Source: Candidatus Bathyarchaeota archaeon (GTDB lineage: Archaea > Thermoproteota > Bathyarchaeia > Bathyarchaeales > Bathycorpusculaceae). Taken from it: DNA of 64,000 nucleotides. Shown piece by piece: positions 63,848-64,000 of the stretch. Under the pieces are notes generated by a model. That model had not been told where the DNA came from and did not search any database. It saw only the letters and a program-made list of their open reading frames with translations. Position 1 is the first letter of the stretch. Each line of letters opens with the position of its first letter. The DNA is taken from positions 96,001 through 160,000 of the forward strand of contig CAWEPZ010000013.1 of NCBI GenBank assembly GCA_963811105.1, written 5' to 3'. The translations under genes and the position numbers were made by a program.

Positions 63848-64000
63848 TTATGGACTGGCATAATTGATTGCTGCTACTGCGCCTTTAGCTCTTGGACTGG
63901 GATCCCTAAAGATTACTGCAGGTGAAGATGTATAGCCACTGCCTGCATTAGTGAGCACTACCGAATATGACACCTTGAGACACGCGTGCTGTTGCGTGGC
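63848..64000 (-). CDS. 3' end of a gene running off the window, encoding a third copy of the conserved C-terminal domain
   Basis: ATARVSQGVIFG/VLTNAGSGYTSSPAVIFRDPSPRAKGAVAAINYASP*, with an indel near 63960. Confidence 0.75.
   Translation of the reverse strand, partial: ATQQHACLKVSYSVVLTNAGSGYTSSPAVIFRDPSPRAKGAVAAINYASP

Overview
This is an AT-rich archaeal chromosomal segment whose gene families point to Bathyarchaeia (TACK): TackOD1 and NitrOD5 output domains, class III signal-peptide pilins, a PQQ-like propeller surface protein, LysW and a TFB paralogue. It holds two REC-multiPAS-histidine kinases, class II FBA, MgtA, a type IV pilus locus (two pilins, a giant frameshifted pilin-adhesin, an ATPase, two PilC/TadC and TackOD1), a regulator-rich block (wHTH, TrmB remnant, PadR, divergent TFB), tatAC, a GT2 and a cluster of large secreted proteins. 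Gene remnants and microproteins are scattered between them. The best candidate for an undescribed system is a highly conserved ~75-aa C-terminal domain (GGSGYTTP...ATATARVSxGVI...LTNxGxGYTSxP...RDPSPRAxGA). It caps three secreted-type proteins, two with unrelated cargo and one cut off by the window end, none with a TM anchor, and may be a new archaeal surface-anchoring or sorting tag. Other leads are a 25-bp extended promoter shared by both kinases and a wHTH operon near the divergent TFB, a 43-bp element downstream of both kinases, MgtA fused to a wHTH-like tail, and an orphan LysW beside a LysW-like paralogue lacking EDWGE. I found no CRISPR array, rRNA, complete tRNA, transposase or integrase. 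All family calls come from motif recognition by eye, not database searches. Local indel clusters may partly be sequencing errors.
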